From Eledone cirrhosa (Eukaryota), in assembly GCA_964016885.1 (NCBI GenBank), contig OZ024743.1, positions 26,660,001 through 26,724,000 on the forward strand: a stretch of 64,000 nucleotides of DNA, given 5' to 3'. Below the pieces are notes generated by a model, which made no database searches, was not told the origin of the DNA, and was given only the letters and a program-made list of their open reading frames with translations. The translations under genes and the position numbers were made by a program. This document shows positions 15,400 through 29,878 of the stretch, piece by piece. The stretch's first letter is position 1. Each line of letters starts with the position of its first letter.

Positions 15400-15524
15400 C
15401 TATATATATCATTACCATCATCATCGTTTTAACGTCAGCTTTCCCTGCTAGCAAGGGTTATATATACCCATACTAGTGAGGAAAAATGGATGATAAACAG
15501 TGATGATGATGATGATGATATATA

Positions 15525-15571
<47 letters not shown>

Positions 15572-15970
15572 TCAAACAAATAATGTAAAGATATTTAAAA
15601 TAAAGTTTTTGGGTTATCAAGTATTTGTCCTTTTTTATGGTGATTTACAGCAGTTCTGTTATATTTAGAGACAGTTCTTATGAGAGATTCACTTACATTC
15701 ATACTCAACTGAACATCCAACTTGTTAAATTATTAATGTAAGCATCTATGTATTCCACAGACACATGTGCTCTTAATGTAACTCTCATTTTAAATTCATT
15801 AACCAAAACTTCAATTTGGGATTTTTAATAAACACGTTTTTATTTCTCAGATTTAAAGGTACATTTATCTGTTTTGATTCTGGGACTCATCTGGATTAAT
15901 GTCAAATGGAAATCAATAAAAAGAGAATCTCAATACAATCCTATAAAATAGAAAATAAAGAAAAACTTAC

Positions 15971-16017
15971 CATGCTGGATTTAAACTTATGAGGAATCAC
16001 TTGCCTAGTTTTGGGAT
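15971..16017 (-). CDS. MADD: MADD exon J (DPKTRQVIPHKFKSSM)
   Basis: tttacag acceptor, gtaagt donor; 47 nt, phase 1 to 0. Confidence 0.93.
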
Positions 16018-17137
16018 CTGTAAAAATAAAAAGTACATTAAATTTTGAGGGAGATTTTGGTTGTTATCATAAGCAGATAGAGCAACTACATGAGGCTATC
16101 TCATTGGTATATATTTTCTATATATATATCAATTGAATTTTCACTGATATACACAATACTCACAAACTCCACTAATAATATGATAGAGATATTAATAGTG
16201 CACTAAACTTACACCTGTGGTGTAGCCACTTCATTTATTTCTCACAGCAAGGCAAACATTGTATATTTATTAAAACAATTGTACCTTACACTTCAAATGA
16301 TGAAAAAGGTATATGCAGATTCCACTTCCTTTTTCAGTTAGTATAATATAAAAAGTAACATGTGTTGTGGTGCAATATTAAGTTATTAGCAGACCCATTG
16401 TATGACCTACTTTTGATTCATTCCTAGAATTTGTCATACCTTATATCATTAATTTTGTGAGGAAATACATGAACAGAATATCACCCCATCACTATTTACT
16501 GTGTAACAATTATAGTTGTCATAATATCAAAATGTACATATCAATCTCATTTTTGTTTATGCATTCAAATGTCGTTTATATGAATATGGTAGTAGGATAG
16601 TAGTGCCAATGTATGGAATGTATCAGCAAGATGTGGAGGGGGGGGGGATTCTGACTCATCAGAAATGGTTCAACCAATGTCAGCATGGAAAATAAGCATA
16701 AAATGGTGATAATGATGATAGTGAGACAGAGAGAAGTATTACTACTCCACTGTTTGAATATGAAGCATGTAGAAGGCATAAGTTTGTTCCAACACTGTCT
16801 GGAACCAGTCTAAAATGGAATAAAATAGAGTTGCTGTGTTGCGTAATGTTTCTGATTCAAGCACAAAGCTTGAGAGGAGAGGAAAGTTGATTAAATTTGA
16901 CCCCAGTACATGGCTGATACTTTTTTTTATAGACTCCAGAAGGATGAAAAGAATACCAACTCTAAACTGAATATACTCAGGAGTGGTAATTTAGGAAGAT
17001 ATGAATTTATTCAAATCCACAGCTGATACAATTTAGAAAGCCAATAAGATTCTTAGACTTTACAGTAATCAATAAGGACATTCTTTCAATGGTCTTTAAG
17101 ACTATTTAAGACCACACTTCCAATGAAGTAACATTAT

Positions 17138-17250
17138 TTCAAATCCCGCCAAGGTTAACTTTGCCTTTCATCCTTACGGGGTCGATAAAATAAAGTACCA
17201 GTAATGCACTAGGCAATTGCTAGCCTTGTGCCAAAAAGTAGAAACAATTA
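17138..17250 (+). mobile_element. SINE 3' fragment (gcctttcatccttacggggtcgataaaataaagtacc family)
   Basis: Near-identical to the inserts at 25013-25101 and 46960-47055. Confidence 0.8.
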
Positions 17251-17314
17251 TTAGGGGACTCTATTTTAAGGCGGATCAAATTTGCAATGGAAAGCAACTG
17301 AATTGATTGAAACA

Positions 17315-17530
17315 TTAACCCTTTAGCATTTACATTACTCTATATTTACTATTGTATTTTCATGGTAAAGGCTTTACCTCACATAATATCGAATCTATGA
17401 GATTTTGATATTAATTATTTTGAGAGCAATACCTTAACATCAATATGAGTGGCTGGTTACAGCCAGTTTGAACAGAAAGAGGTGAGGGAATTCTGGCTGG
17501 ATACAGCTGGTTTAAATGCTATAGGGTTAA
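17315..17530 (+). mobile_element. piggyBac-type MITE family 1
   Basis: TTAA-CCCTTTAGCATTTA...TAAATGCTATAGGG-TTAA; copies at 29879 and 40174. Confidence 0.88.
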
Positions 17531-18037
17531 ACCCAGCCTGTCCCTCAGCTCGTCCAAGCTCTGCCTTAGTCTCACATTTATATTGCATATCCAATGAAAT
17601 ATAGTTGCTTCATTTCTCTCCAGTCTACACATGTCCTCTGCAGTCACAGCCCATGTTTCACTACTATAAAGCATTGTGCATTGCACACAGGCATCATACA
17701 GCCTTCCTTTTGTACATAGGGAGAAACCTTTTGTTGTCAACAGTGAGAGTAGTTCTCTAAACTTCTTCCATCCTATCCTTATTCTAGCTACTGTACTCTT
17801 GGTGCACCCTCCTCCGCTGCCAATTAGGCCACCTAGATAGCAGGAGCTATCAATCATATCTATGGATCTTTCCTGTGACTGGAAAAGGTTTATATCATTA
17901 GCACTCTTCCTCTCGATTTCTCCTGAATATCCTCTACAAGCAAAGTTCTCCCTTCCTGTTAGTCTACTTGTTGTCTCACATCTTTTATGTAACCAAGATT
18001 TACATTGTGTGCATTGTATGGAGTTTATGCCTACTCC
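17531..18037 (-). mobile_element. RTE LINE fragment (Cys-rich finger to SETW region)
   Basis: ORF 17519-18046 with CTQCKSWLHKRC, GWKKFRELL and MLYSSETW. Confidence 0.88.
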
Positions 18038-19119
18038 TTCATGCAAGCATGGAAAAATGGTGATGATGATGTATATATGCCAGCATAGGTGGATATATCA
18101 ACAGTTAGATAAATTGGGAAATTTGTTTTTGATAGATTAATGGTTTGCTTAAGAGAAACCCTATATTTTATGTTGCATACTGACAGGTGGAAGTGATTAA
18201 ATTTAAGAACAATATTTTAATTATTTATTTTTAGGATATAATTATATAAATGTTCAGTAAATATGAACAAGGAACATACAGGATAATATGTATAACTTTG
18301 GAGAAATAACTATTTACAGGTACAAATAGAGGATTAGAACCCAGGAACTTGTAATTGGAAAGTGAATTTCTTATATCAACAATGACTGAGATTGGACATG
18401 CATTATATGTGTGTGTGCTTGTGTGTATAAATTTTAACGGGTAACATATATAATATATAAGTATATATACACAGTATATTATTATGGTTGATTTTTGCTT
18501 TGAAATTTTAGTTTTGAAATCTGAAATATGTAATTTGATATTGGCTTATTTCTAAATGATGGTTGTGTGTACATGTATGTGTGTGTGTACACACACACAC
18601 ACACACACACACACATCTATGTACATTCTTCTCTCTTTCTCTTCCCACACTGTCTCTGAAATAATAAAAATGTATATTGCTGCAAAATCTAGAAAAATCT
18701 TCAATAGTAAAAGCTTTAGAATAAAAATAACATTATAAACTTAACATTATATTGAATTAAGTTATGAAATCAGATATTAAGTTTTTAAAATGTTTGTTAG
18801 ATTAGTTTTGTATGAAACAGCAATTTTGATTATTTAAATTGGAATTATTTTTCTGATCTTTTTTATGAAGTAAATGATGACTGAAATGTCTCAATATTAT
18901 ATTGCTTTTACACACAAACACACATATAAATGAATATATATATATTATCACCAGACACCAGAAACACACACACACACATATATATATAAATATATTATAC
19001 ATATACTTATATATATACCTCCAGTTATTATTAGTACTCATTTTCAGCTGAGTATACTGGAGCAACATGAAATGAAGTGTTTTGTTGAAGATCACAACAC
19101 ACAACCCGGTCCAGAAAAG

Positions 19120-19900
19120 TAAGTGTTAACAAGCTCAGTAAGGAAGTTATCATGTAGGTAGGTGTCCATCAGGGTTTGACTCTCAGCCTTCTCTGGTTTA
19201 TTATAGTTGTCCAGGTCATAATAGAGGAGTTCAAGATTGACTGTCTATAAGATCTCTATGCCAATGATCTTGTTTTCCTAACTAGATAAGTTGAAGAATT
19301 GGAGGAAGAGTTCCAAATATAGGAGCAGCATCTATTATCATGAAGCTTAAAGATCAATTAGACAACGGTTTTAGTTTGAAAATAGAACACTAACAATAAG
19401 AGGGATGTGACCATAGCTTCATATGCAGAAATGAAGAAGGTAAGCCTACACAAATAGTGCAGGGGGATATTAGAAAGGCTGACACAGAAGAAGTATTTCA
19501 TGTAATGTAATTGATGAACGAGAATAATTAGCAATACGAACACCCAAGAATGGAAGCCTTTCTACTATTCAGAGGGCTATTATGGAAGGATGTGTTGTGA
19601 AAGAATAGTAGCCAAAATAAGAACTGAGTGGATAAGCTTTCAGGGAATTATCACCTCTGTTAGAAACAAAGGGCTTTTCTCTCCAAATGAAAAGCAGACT
19701 ATATGATGCTTGCATACAAGGTGCAATGTTGTATCATAGTGAAATATGGCTACTAAATGTAGAGAATATGCAAAGACTGAAAAGAAATGAGGGAAATACT
19801 CCATTGGATGTGTGAAAATTAGAGGTATCAGTAAGAAAGAAGACTGCACTAGTATGGACATATGATGCATATAAAATTATGGGAAGAAGTGGTGACATCT
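19120..19900 (+). mobile_element. Heavily decayed RTE LINE
   Basis: VGVHQG, EEFK.. and KGF remnants with many stops. Confidence 0.65.
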
Positions 19901-22036
19901 ACTAGCAGAAGGCTTGACTTTCCAAATGAGATGATGAATGACTGTAACTAGTAGAGAAACAATTTGTTGAAATGAACATATTCATCATATGGCAGCATGG
20001 AAAAGTCATATATAAATATTTAAACAAAATTTCGATACTGATTGTATATACCATAAGCATTTTACATTCAGGTTCTACATGATTAGTAAAGTGAATAATT
20101 TCCATCTTTATAATATTGTTTCATCTGAATTCAGTAGAGGCTCCAAGAGATTTAAATACTTAGCATGTGGAACAGATGATATATAATAGTCTGAAAATCT
20201 GAACAGCAAACAATAATGCAAACATATTTAAAATTGTAGGGTCAAGAGCTAAGTAGACAATGAAGTAAAACTTTCAACAACCAATAAAATTAGTAACTTC
20301 TATTATGTATTAGAATGAATAAAATAACATACATTAACAATAACAGTTTCAATATATATTGTATATTTATAAAAAACAAAAATATTTAGTTTACTGAATA
20401 ACTGTGAATATTACTATGAAATACATAATGTAAAAGAAAGAATGCAACAGTTAATCAGACTGAAACAAATAAAGGCTCATAAAAAAAGTATATGGTTAAA
20501 GAATATGGGGAAGCCAACCAAATGGTTAATATGAAACTTCAATAATCAAGAAACTAGGTTTTGGAAAGGTGTGTCATGTATTTTATGAAAACTCATTAAA
20601 AATTTGCTTCCCAAATAATAGCTTAAAATGAAATGAAGCAGTTTCAGTACCTTCCATCCCCCCAAAACAACAATAGCAATAACAAAAAACAAAACAACAA
20701 AACAAAAAACATATGGAGCAAGAACACTTCCTTTTAAAAGGAAAAATTAGAAAATTGTCAATGTTAATTAGATGACTAATTATTCCTTAAGTATTTTATT
20801 TCATTCTGTTTAAATAACCTATCATAGGTCTCATTTCCTTCCATAGGTTGTCTAAAATTAAATATTTGACTTGAAAGCCATATCTGCTTATGTTATGAAT
20901 AAACTGTGAAAAGTCTAACAGAATATCTTTGCAAAAGGAAACTTTTCTAATGAGATCAGTATATTGATACAAAAGGGAAAATGTTGTGAGTCTATGATCC
21001 AATTTGATTCATTCTTGAATTCATTTAAGTTTACTTTGAGAAAGTCTTTGAGAAACACAAAGTGCCTTCATATGATCTCTTTTTTTCCATATAAATTTGC
21101 AGTTAGTCAAAATAAAATAATTTCTTTTGATTAAAGTACAACACTTTATGTGTAGGATGGTTTTTATTATAATAATTGTTTTTATAGCTGGATGAGCATC
21201 ATTTCAGTAACCAGTAAGCTATGAAGCAAAAGTGGAACCTGTTTTATTAATTAATTATTGGTGTATTAACAGTGTTTTGCTATATTATACTATATAAAAT
21301 ATATCTATGGATTTTTAGCCAACATTGTATATATTGACAAATATAGACAATTTGTCTTTACATATGATATTTTCATAGACAGAAAAAGAGAGATTAGTCA
21401 GACTAGTTTCATCAGCAACTTAAGTGCTTTTCTTAACTGTCCATAAAGACATGCTTATAAACCCACTATTACTAAGGGCTTTGATGAATAAATTATGTAT
21501 GTATTAACAGTGCTTTGTTTTAATACTATACTAAATACTTTTAATCAACATTACATGTATAGACAAATGAAGACAACTTATCTTTAAATACAATAAATTC
21601 AGTATAGCACTGTTTATTTAGGCAAGAAAACTAGAGCAAGCCAGTTTGTTTATGACCATATGTGCAATAGACCAACACTTGGTCCTTGCAACCCTTGTAC
21701 CTTACTGTAAGTATATCAATAGCAGAAGTATGTAAAGTAAGTGACAAAAGACTAAACTATTTTAGGGAAACTAAATTGTTTAATTAACTACAGCAGTGTC
21801 ACACATCTGTTGAATTAGTGTAAACAGAAATTATCCTTCTGACACCACTGTATCATCATCATCATCATTTTACGTCTGCTTTTCCCTATTTGCAAGGGTG
21901 GGACAGGAACTGATTCTGGCTTGATTTCTACAGCTGGATGCCCTTCCTAACACCAACCGCATTTACAATGAGTGGTGGGTGCTTTTTTGCCATGGCACCT
22001 CCACAACCACTTTGCAGTCCCTATCATCTCATTTCT

Positions 22037-22172
22037 ACAGCTGAGTAAACTGGAGCAATGTGAAATGAAGTGTCTTGCTCAAGGAAACAACACATCACCC
22101 GGTCTGAGAATTGAACTCACAACCTTTCGATTGCAAGGCCAATGCTCTAACCACTAAGCCATGTGCCTCCAT
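22037..22172 (-). mobile_element. tRNA-derived SINE head
   Basis: Minus strand ggaggcacatggcttagtggttagagc...gagttcaattctc A/B boxes. Confidence 0.8.
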
Positions 22173-23889
22173 ATATATATATATTATATATTTTACACAT
22201 ATTTTATTCTCATAGTAATCTTCATATTTTATTCCCATATATTGATTTTGATTGTAAAGAGTAGTCTGGTTTCTATTTCCAATAGTTTGTTAGGATCAGA
22301 AATTCCTTGAGAATATCCAGATTCTTTAGTTAATAATAGATCGCCTTGATATCATACAAATGTTTTAGTGAACATATGGTTCTTAAGCTAGTAGGGATTA
22401 AGCTTTGTAGTTGAATGTAGAGATATGCCACACAAAATTTGATCAAACCTTACTTTTTCTTCAGTCATTTATCTGAATTTTGTATACTATATGGCAGTTT
22501 GTATCTCATATTATTTCTGATACACTCCTGTGAGTCTAGATTATAAATTGCTTTATCTATTACAAAGCTAGTGGTTAAAAGATGCAAACTGATCTTTCAT
22601 CCTTTGCTAAATAGATTTAGTAAATTCTTTAATAATAATATGAATAAATTATTTTGGGTAAAAAAAAGGTTCCTAATCCTGATATCAAACTGTAAGATTT
22701 CTTTCTATGTTAACATTATCCACTTTTTAACTATTCTATAAACAATAATTGTATAATTCAGTTGTATAGTTGTACAATGACAACAAGCTCAAGTTGAACT
22801 GATTCTGACTTTCATGGTGGTCACAAATATCTTATATTGCAAATATTTAATAGGAGTTTACACATTCTGATAGCTTCTGCAGTCTTGGTAGATACTGAAG
22901 AGACTTTTGTTCTTAATAGATTACTGAAAGCAAAGAAAATTATTCAATGGAATGCATCTTGAATAACTGAAAAGTAAAACACCTCTTTAAAACATTTATG
23001 AAAGAATATAAAATATCAACAATACAATTTATGATGTATAAAATGCATCTGTAAACTGGATTTCTCTTTTAAATTAATTTCTAAATGCTAATTCTTAAAA
23101 GCCAAAATTATTATTTTTTATATTTGTTTATTGCAATTATAAAGAGTCTTTATTACAATTTCTAATATAGAAATAAGGCTACAAATTTAGAAAGGATTTA
23201 GTTCGTTTAACCAACTTCATTATTTGACTGTTACTTTATTTTGTTGACCTTGAAAAAAAACAAAACATCAAGTTACACTCAGTGGGATTTAAACTCAGAA
23301 CACAAAGAGCTGGAACAAACATTTTGAGGTATTTATCAAATGCTCTAATGTGACTGTCAAGCAATCACCACTATAATTAGACTTAATAAGAATAACAAAG
23401 GTTCTAGGATTTGTTAATTAGAAAGTAATAAAAAGTAGTTTATCTGAAAGCAATACAAGTATTATAATTAACTATTTTTCAGTAATAAGTATATTATTTA
23501 AGATAAGCTGATTAGATTTTAAAGAATTGGTTTCAAACTCAGCTAAGGAGTTAAATTACTGTCATTTTAGTAGACAAGAATTCAATTAAATATAAAATAT
23601 TGAAATCTAAAAATAATAGGTATTTGCTTATAACAAAAATCAAAACAAAACATATACTAATTGTAGTTTTACCAATCAAGCACAAAATGTACCAGATTTG
23701 ATATGTTTTAGCACCACTTAATGCATCAATTTTAGATTTGGTGTGGCCATACTATTTCAGCTCTTTAGCATATTTAGTACATTTTGGCACATTTTTGTGC
23801 TGTCTCCTAATTAGATATAAATCATAGTTTGTTTGTAAATAATAATAATAATAATGTTTCTACTTTTAGCACAAGGCCAGCAATTTCCC

Positions 23890-25165
23890 CAGTGCATTAT
23901 TAGGTACAGTGCAGGAATTCTGAAATGGAATGTTACTGAACAAAAAGAAATGGATAGGAAGACTAGGAAGGTAATGACTACCTACAGCATGTTCCACAAG
24001 AAGAGAAATGTTGATAGACTCTACTTAAAGAGATCTGAAGTTGGAAGAGGTCTTATCAGCATAGAGTACGGTGTTCAGATGGAGAAAAACAGTCTGCACA
24101 AATATGTGTCTGACAGCAGAGAGCCAATGCTCAAAATTGTACTGAAGGAGAAGACAATAGACCAAGGGATGTCTAAGGAGGAAATAACAAGGAGGAAGAG
24201 CAACCTTCATGAAAAACCCCCCATAGCACCTTCTTTAAGAAAACGGAATTCAGAAATCCACAGACATGGAACTGGTTAAAAAGAGGAGACCTTAAAAAAG
24301 CTACAGAAGGAATGCCAATGGCTGCACAAGAGCAAGCCTTCAGAACGAAGTGGGTGAAACACCATATTGACATGGAGGAGGCTAGCTCACTGTGTAGGAA
24401 CTGTGGAGAGAGAGAGAAGAGACTGGCTCACATCCTATCTGAGTGTAAACACCTAGCCCAGACTCACTATAAAGGCTGGAGATATGATATGATAGGAAAG
24501 GTGATTCACTGGCATTTATGCAAACTAAACAATTTACCACATTCTGAGAAGTGGTATGAGCATAAGCCAGAGCCAGTGATAGAAAACGATCTAGTGAAGG
24601 TGCTATGGGATTTTAGGATACAGACAGACAAGAAATTAGAACACAATAGGCCTGACCTGGTGGTTTTTAACAAGGAAAAAAGATTGTGCCTGATTGTAGA
24701 TGTAGCCTGCCCCTTTGACACAAGAGTGCAAGAGAAGGAGAACATTAACCGATACCAGGATCTAAAGTGGGAGTTAAAAAGGATTTGGGACTGTCATGAG
24801 ATCAAGGTCATCCCGATTGTCATAGGAGCACTAGGTACTATTTCAAAGAGTTTTCAAGGATGGTTAAAGAAGATTAGTCCAGCCCTGTTTTTTGGAACAC
24901 TTCAAAAGGCATGCTTGCTGTGAACAGCAAGAACCCTCCGATACGTCCTGAATGTCTGAGGCTGCAGGTAGCGGCTTGATATTCATTTGAACCAACTTTC
25001 CAGTTAAATAACTGTTTCTACTTTAGGCACAAGGCCAGCAATTACCCAGTGCATTACTGGTACTTTATTTTATCGACCCCGTAAGGATGAAAGGCAAAGT
25101 TAACTTTCCAGTTAAATAACATCAATAAATGAGACTCAAAGAATAATAGTAATAATAATAATAAT
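23890..25165 (+). mobile_element. 5'-truncated RLE-type non-LTR retrotransposon (R4/Dong-like)
   Basis: CCHC knuckle CRNC...HILSEC, RYD (RHD-like), PDLVV...IVDVACP PD-(D/E)xK nuclease, IVIGALG; frameshifted; flanked by (TAA)n. Confidence 0.88.
25013..25101 (-). mobile_element. SINE 3' fragment with 19-bp TSD
   Basis: aactttccagttaaataac at 24994-25012 and 25102-25120. Confidence 0.88.
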
Positions 25166-27264
25166 AAATACCTTACAGAAATTCACATATGTGAGTATCT
25201 ATTAAAAGTGATAGCTTTTGTCTGTTGGTTCCTCTCAAAATATGTATTTGCTTAGCTTCCTAAATGACCCGTCAATGCTCCAATGATAACAAAATCATTT
25301 AGCCACTATGTTTCTGTGTATGTGTGTTTATATATATATATGTATATTATACACTGCTATTGGCAAATAATATTTGTAAGCTTTCACTTAATTACACCTG
25401 AAATGTGACAACAGATCATAAGAAAATACATAGGCCTATATACCAGGGCAGGGGAGCTGCCCCACCCCAGTTTCAGGCAAAGTAAGAAAAAAAAAGAATC
25501 AGATAGAGAAAGCAAAAAGATTAACGTTAAACGATGATGATTAACAATGATAACAAATATTAAAAAAAGAAGGAAAGAAGGTGTTCATCAGATTTGATAA
25601 AGGAAACACTGTTTCCATTGGTTTTTCCATTGCTGAAATCTGCCAGTCACAACTCTTGGCATTTGGAGTACATGACTAAGGAAACTTATAATTTTCAAAA
25701 TCTAAATCGATTGTTTTTTTTAAATTTATCTTAACTGTTTTAGTAGTAATATTTGCCACCTCCCTAATGCTTACTATATATTTTTAAATGCTTTATCTTA
25801 ACCCATTTTTTAGTGCATTTTAACAAAATATTGGCACTTTTTACTCAAATTTAGCATGTTTATACATTCAAAAATTAACTATTGGAGATAACTAATATTT
25901 ATATTTTAGAAATATATAACATTCAAGATAATTTTGTGAAGGAAAAATTAATTAGCAACACACATACATACTAGCAGTTGTACCCAGCAGTGCCTGGGTG
26001 ACAAATATAGACATCACTTTTTTTTGCTAAACTTAAATGACATAACTAATAGCAATTTTTTACAAAGTTCTTTACATATACACTGACTAAGAAGTATACA
26101 CTTAACAGCTCCAGTGATACAGGCAAATACACTAGCTTGTAATTACTGATATGCATATATAAGATTCCTATGTAAGTGTTAGTGCTATTGCCATACAAAA
26201 TGCACCTAGAGTATTCTGTAAAGTGGTTGGCATTAGGAAAGGCATCCGACCATAGAAACCATGGCAAAATGGGATGTGTGAGTAAAAGGTGATCCTCTAT
26301 GTTAGAGTGTAAGAATCCATTCAACTCATGCCAGCATAGAAAATGGGTATAAAGCAAAGAAATAATGATGATACACAAGCACAAACAAAACATTTAAGCA
26401 CATGTACCTCATAAAGAGAAACAAGATCGCAAGTACATGCACAAATGGCTAATGTGTATACATGAATCTTTTCACATACATACATAAAACACATGATGTA
26501 TATATATGAATTCATACAAGCATAAACACATTATGTGTACATATGAATTTATACATGTACAAACACAAATGAGAGAGAGAGAGAGAGAGAGATAGAGAGG
26601 GCGGGAATTGAAGAGCGGCTGAAGGAGGAAGAAGACAGAATTTGACAGAAAATGACCATGTGATATTTTAGAATGTTTCTCTTCAACTGTCCCACTCACA
26701 CTCCATTAAAACTTTCAGTATTTCTCCATGTACTTTCTTAAATCCACCATGTTTTACCTCAGAGGTGCTTGGGCTCAGAATGTTTTCACTCATGGATTAT
26801 TCTGGAATGGATCTGAATTGCTGGGCCAAATCCATCCAAGTTTTGTGGAGAAATAGTGACATTGTTTTAAAACAGACAAATTTTGTACTTATTAAATTAT
26901 CATTATCCTCTTATGTTAACTTTTAGGCTGATATGGATTGGAAAGGCCATCACAGTCTGAATAAATTCTGTCTGAGTTAGTGCCTTTCTAGATGGCTTGG
27001 TGCTATATGCACTTTACAGAGTGTACTGAGTGCATTTTATCATGGCACCCACACTAGTGAAGTAGCTTTGCAACATTAAAGGTAAAAGAGTACACACTAC
27101 TTTACATTATCTCTGTTCATTCAAAGTAATGTGGCTAAGATGGTGAATAGAAGAGAAAACAATGCCAGAAGAAGTCAGAGAAGTGAGTATGTGAAAGGAG
27201 CATGAGTATGATGGGAGAAACAGAATGCTTGGAGTGAAAGAGATAGAGAGATTTGGCTATTTGT

Positions 27265-27860
27265 TTACTTCACAGACCAAATTAGCAGAGAAAGTGGATG
27301 TTCCAATGACATGGTAGCTAGAGTAAAAATAGGTAAGAAAACATTCAAGGAACTATTATTTCTGTTAGTAGCAAAAGGTTTCACTCTCAAAGTTAATGGT
27401 AGATTGTATGATGTTTGTGTATTAATTGTGATGCTGCATAGAAAGACATGGGATGAAGTGATAACTAATCTCAGGATTAGATGACAAAGGGCTGAAATGA
27501 GTGACATCCCACAGTGCCAGAAAAGACTCACTCACCTGTGAAAATATGTTGAAACAAACTTTCAAAGGGAGGCTGAGAGGTAAAATGTATTACTTGCCAC
27601 CATTTGGTCTCTCTTTCATTGCTGTCTCTTCCATCTTTCATATAAGTTAACGTTACATATCCTACAGATCATATATGACTCATTTCTTGTCTTATTCAGC
27701 AGATCATCTGCACTCTATGTCTATGCCTCACTACTATGCAGCATAACATTAAAAAAACATAGAGAGAAAACCTTTTGTTACCAAGAGAGATGATTAACTA
27801 CCTGAAATCATTCCACCTCTTTCTTACTTTAGTTACTAACTCTCACTACAACTACCCCCA
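27265..27860. mobile_element. Two decayed RTE fragments in opposite orientations
   Basis: + strand ARVKIGKKTFKELL...KGFTLKVNGRLYD (27265-27450); minus-strand remnant of the same region at about 27560-27860. Confidence 0.65.
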
Positions 27861-29414
27861 ATAATAATATAAAAATCAGCTCTTATATTACAAAACAACT
27901 AAATTTAGATTTTTTTTACTATTTTGTTGGCTTTTATATGAGTAATTTCCACTGATTATTTTTGTTTATTAAAGACTAATTGCAGAATTAAAATATATAT
28001 AATTTTGATAAAAGTATACAGTAACTTTGATAAAAAGAAGACCCCAAGACAGGGTATTAATAAAATGCTATGTTTAAATTTTTTTAAAGAATAATTCTTA
28101 AATGTGAACAAGTTGTTGACATTGAGCATTTTAAAACCATTCAATAAAATTATGTAAATAAGGAAACACATATTTTAATAATATTCATAGAATTTTTCTA
28201 ACTGAAGTAGATTGAAATTCATTGAAATTCTGAAAATAGGATACAAGAATTAATTAGCAATATACAAACTAATATATACAAATGTATAAGAACACAAATG
28301 TATAAGAACACGAGGTGTATTCTTTAATCATGTGAAAATATAAATTCTGTAGGTATAAAAAAGCATTTTACATGAGTAAAGCTGAAAGCAATATATTATC
28401 ATCCATTAGAATTATGTTTTGATTAATTAAAGATTGTTTAGGAGTTGGTAAATAGAAAGTATGATTTAATAAACCATGGAAAAAGTAACAAGAAATACCA
28501 GATTAGACTGAATTTTGTAAAGAAGAAAAAAATATAAGATAAAAAAGAAAATTAAAAGAATAATCAAAATGATTAGCAACATGAAAGAAAAATAAATCTT
28601 TAGTTGTTCAATTAGAGGGGCTGTTGAATGTTAAACTTTGGTTTCAGGCTATTTATGAAATATTTTCATATTTAAGGATTACCAATTGAAAACAGGAAAG
28701 TAATTCTTAAATTATGCTATTTTGAGATCATATATTATTAAAATAAGTAGAGTAATGAAGGTTGAATTGTCTCAAAGATGAATTGAAATAACCTTTGCTA
28801 CCTAAAGGAACTAAAGCCTAATAGTGTAAATTTCTTATATTATAAAAATGACATTGTTGTTGTTTAGTCCCATGTTGGTCCTTCCTGTCATTTTTCCAAG
28901 GCATAGTGCACCCTGGATTACATTATCCAATGTGTCATGTTTTAAAGATGGCAGGGTGTGATCTGAGAGAAATGTGTCTGCTATTACTAGCATAAAAGAT
29001 CCCTCAGTGGTTCAATAAAAGCAAAATGAAATATATTGCTTAGCTCCAGATCAGCCCTGATTGAGCAGACCTATGCTCAAAGGCATTCTAGCCATCACTA
29101 CCTTATCTTTTTTTAATACCTATAACTACATTGTTATGTGTTATTCCATTTTAATAGGGCAGTGTGATTTAAGGAAGATTTCGTTGCTTTTTTAGCAGGT
29201 TGAGGGAATAGGTAGAAGCTCCCTAGATTTGTTGTAGTAGGTGAGATTTATTGATAATTAGGTGGGTGCCTGAGATCTGTTTATTTGATTGGTATGTCGT
29301 AGCCTAATCATCTTGAATATTTGTCATTGTTTAGTCCAAGATCAGCCTTAATCAAGCAGTTCATCTCATCATATATTTTGACACTGTATCTAGGAATATT
29401 AGGAATTAGTATCA

Positions 29415-29678
29415 GTGCTCTGAAATAGAGATGTATGTATGAATGTATGTATAGCATATTTGATAATATACTGTATGTTTATTTTAAAACATTTTGAAGA
29501 CCATTCGCTATGCGTTTTAAAGTAGTGACTATGTCACTTACTTAGTCTCGGCAAAAACAAAGGGAAGCAACCAACAGCTGTTTCTTGCTTGTTATTGGTT
29601 ATCAAGATTGCATATCCCTTCGCTTCTGCCGAGACTTATAGAAGCTGATTAAACAGAGCAGTTGCTGGTCCAGCAAAA
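29415..29678 (-). mobile_element. 264-bp insertion with 17-bp TSD carrying a degenerate hammerhead motif (Penelope pLTR/retrozyme-like)
   Basis: attaggaattagtatca at 29398-29414 and 29679-29695; internal long stem and GAAACAGCTGT. Confidence 0.7.
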
Positions 29679-29878
29679 ATTAGGAATTAGTATCACGTCT
29701 AGGGTGTAATATAGGAATATTAATTGACACAGTATTTGGCTTTTGTTTTATTTTAACAACCTGGGAGAAAGGATTGTACTCATAATGTAAAGATGCATAA
29801 ATAAAAACCCTCTAATAATTCAGCCATTCACTGCCCTTAAATTTAAACTTGTGTCCTAGTGATATGGAGACCTGTACC

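Noticed and set aside
21395-21425. Minus-strand CTGATGAAACTAGTC resembling a hammerhead
   Set aside because: Core halves overlap with no stem II, stem I is weak, and the motif is absent from the neighbouring duplicated copy.
25520-25625. CTGATGA and GAAAC on the minus strand (repeat shared with about 56150-56215)
   Set aside because: No stem I pairing in any hammerhead topology; simply a dispersed repeat with a small hairpin.
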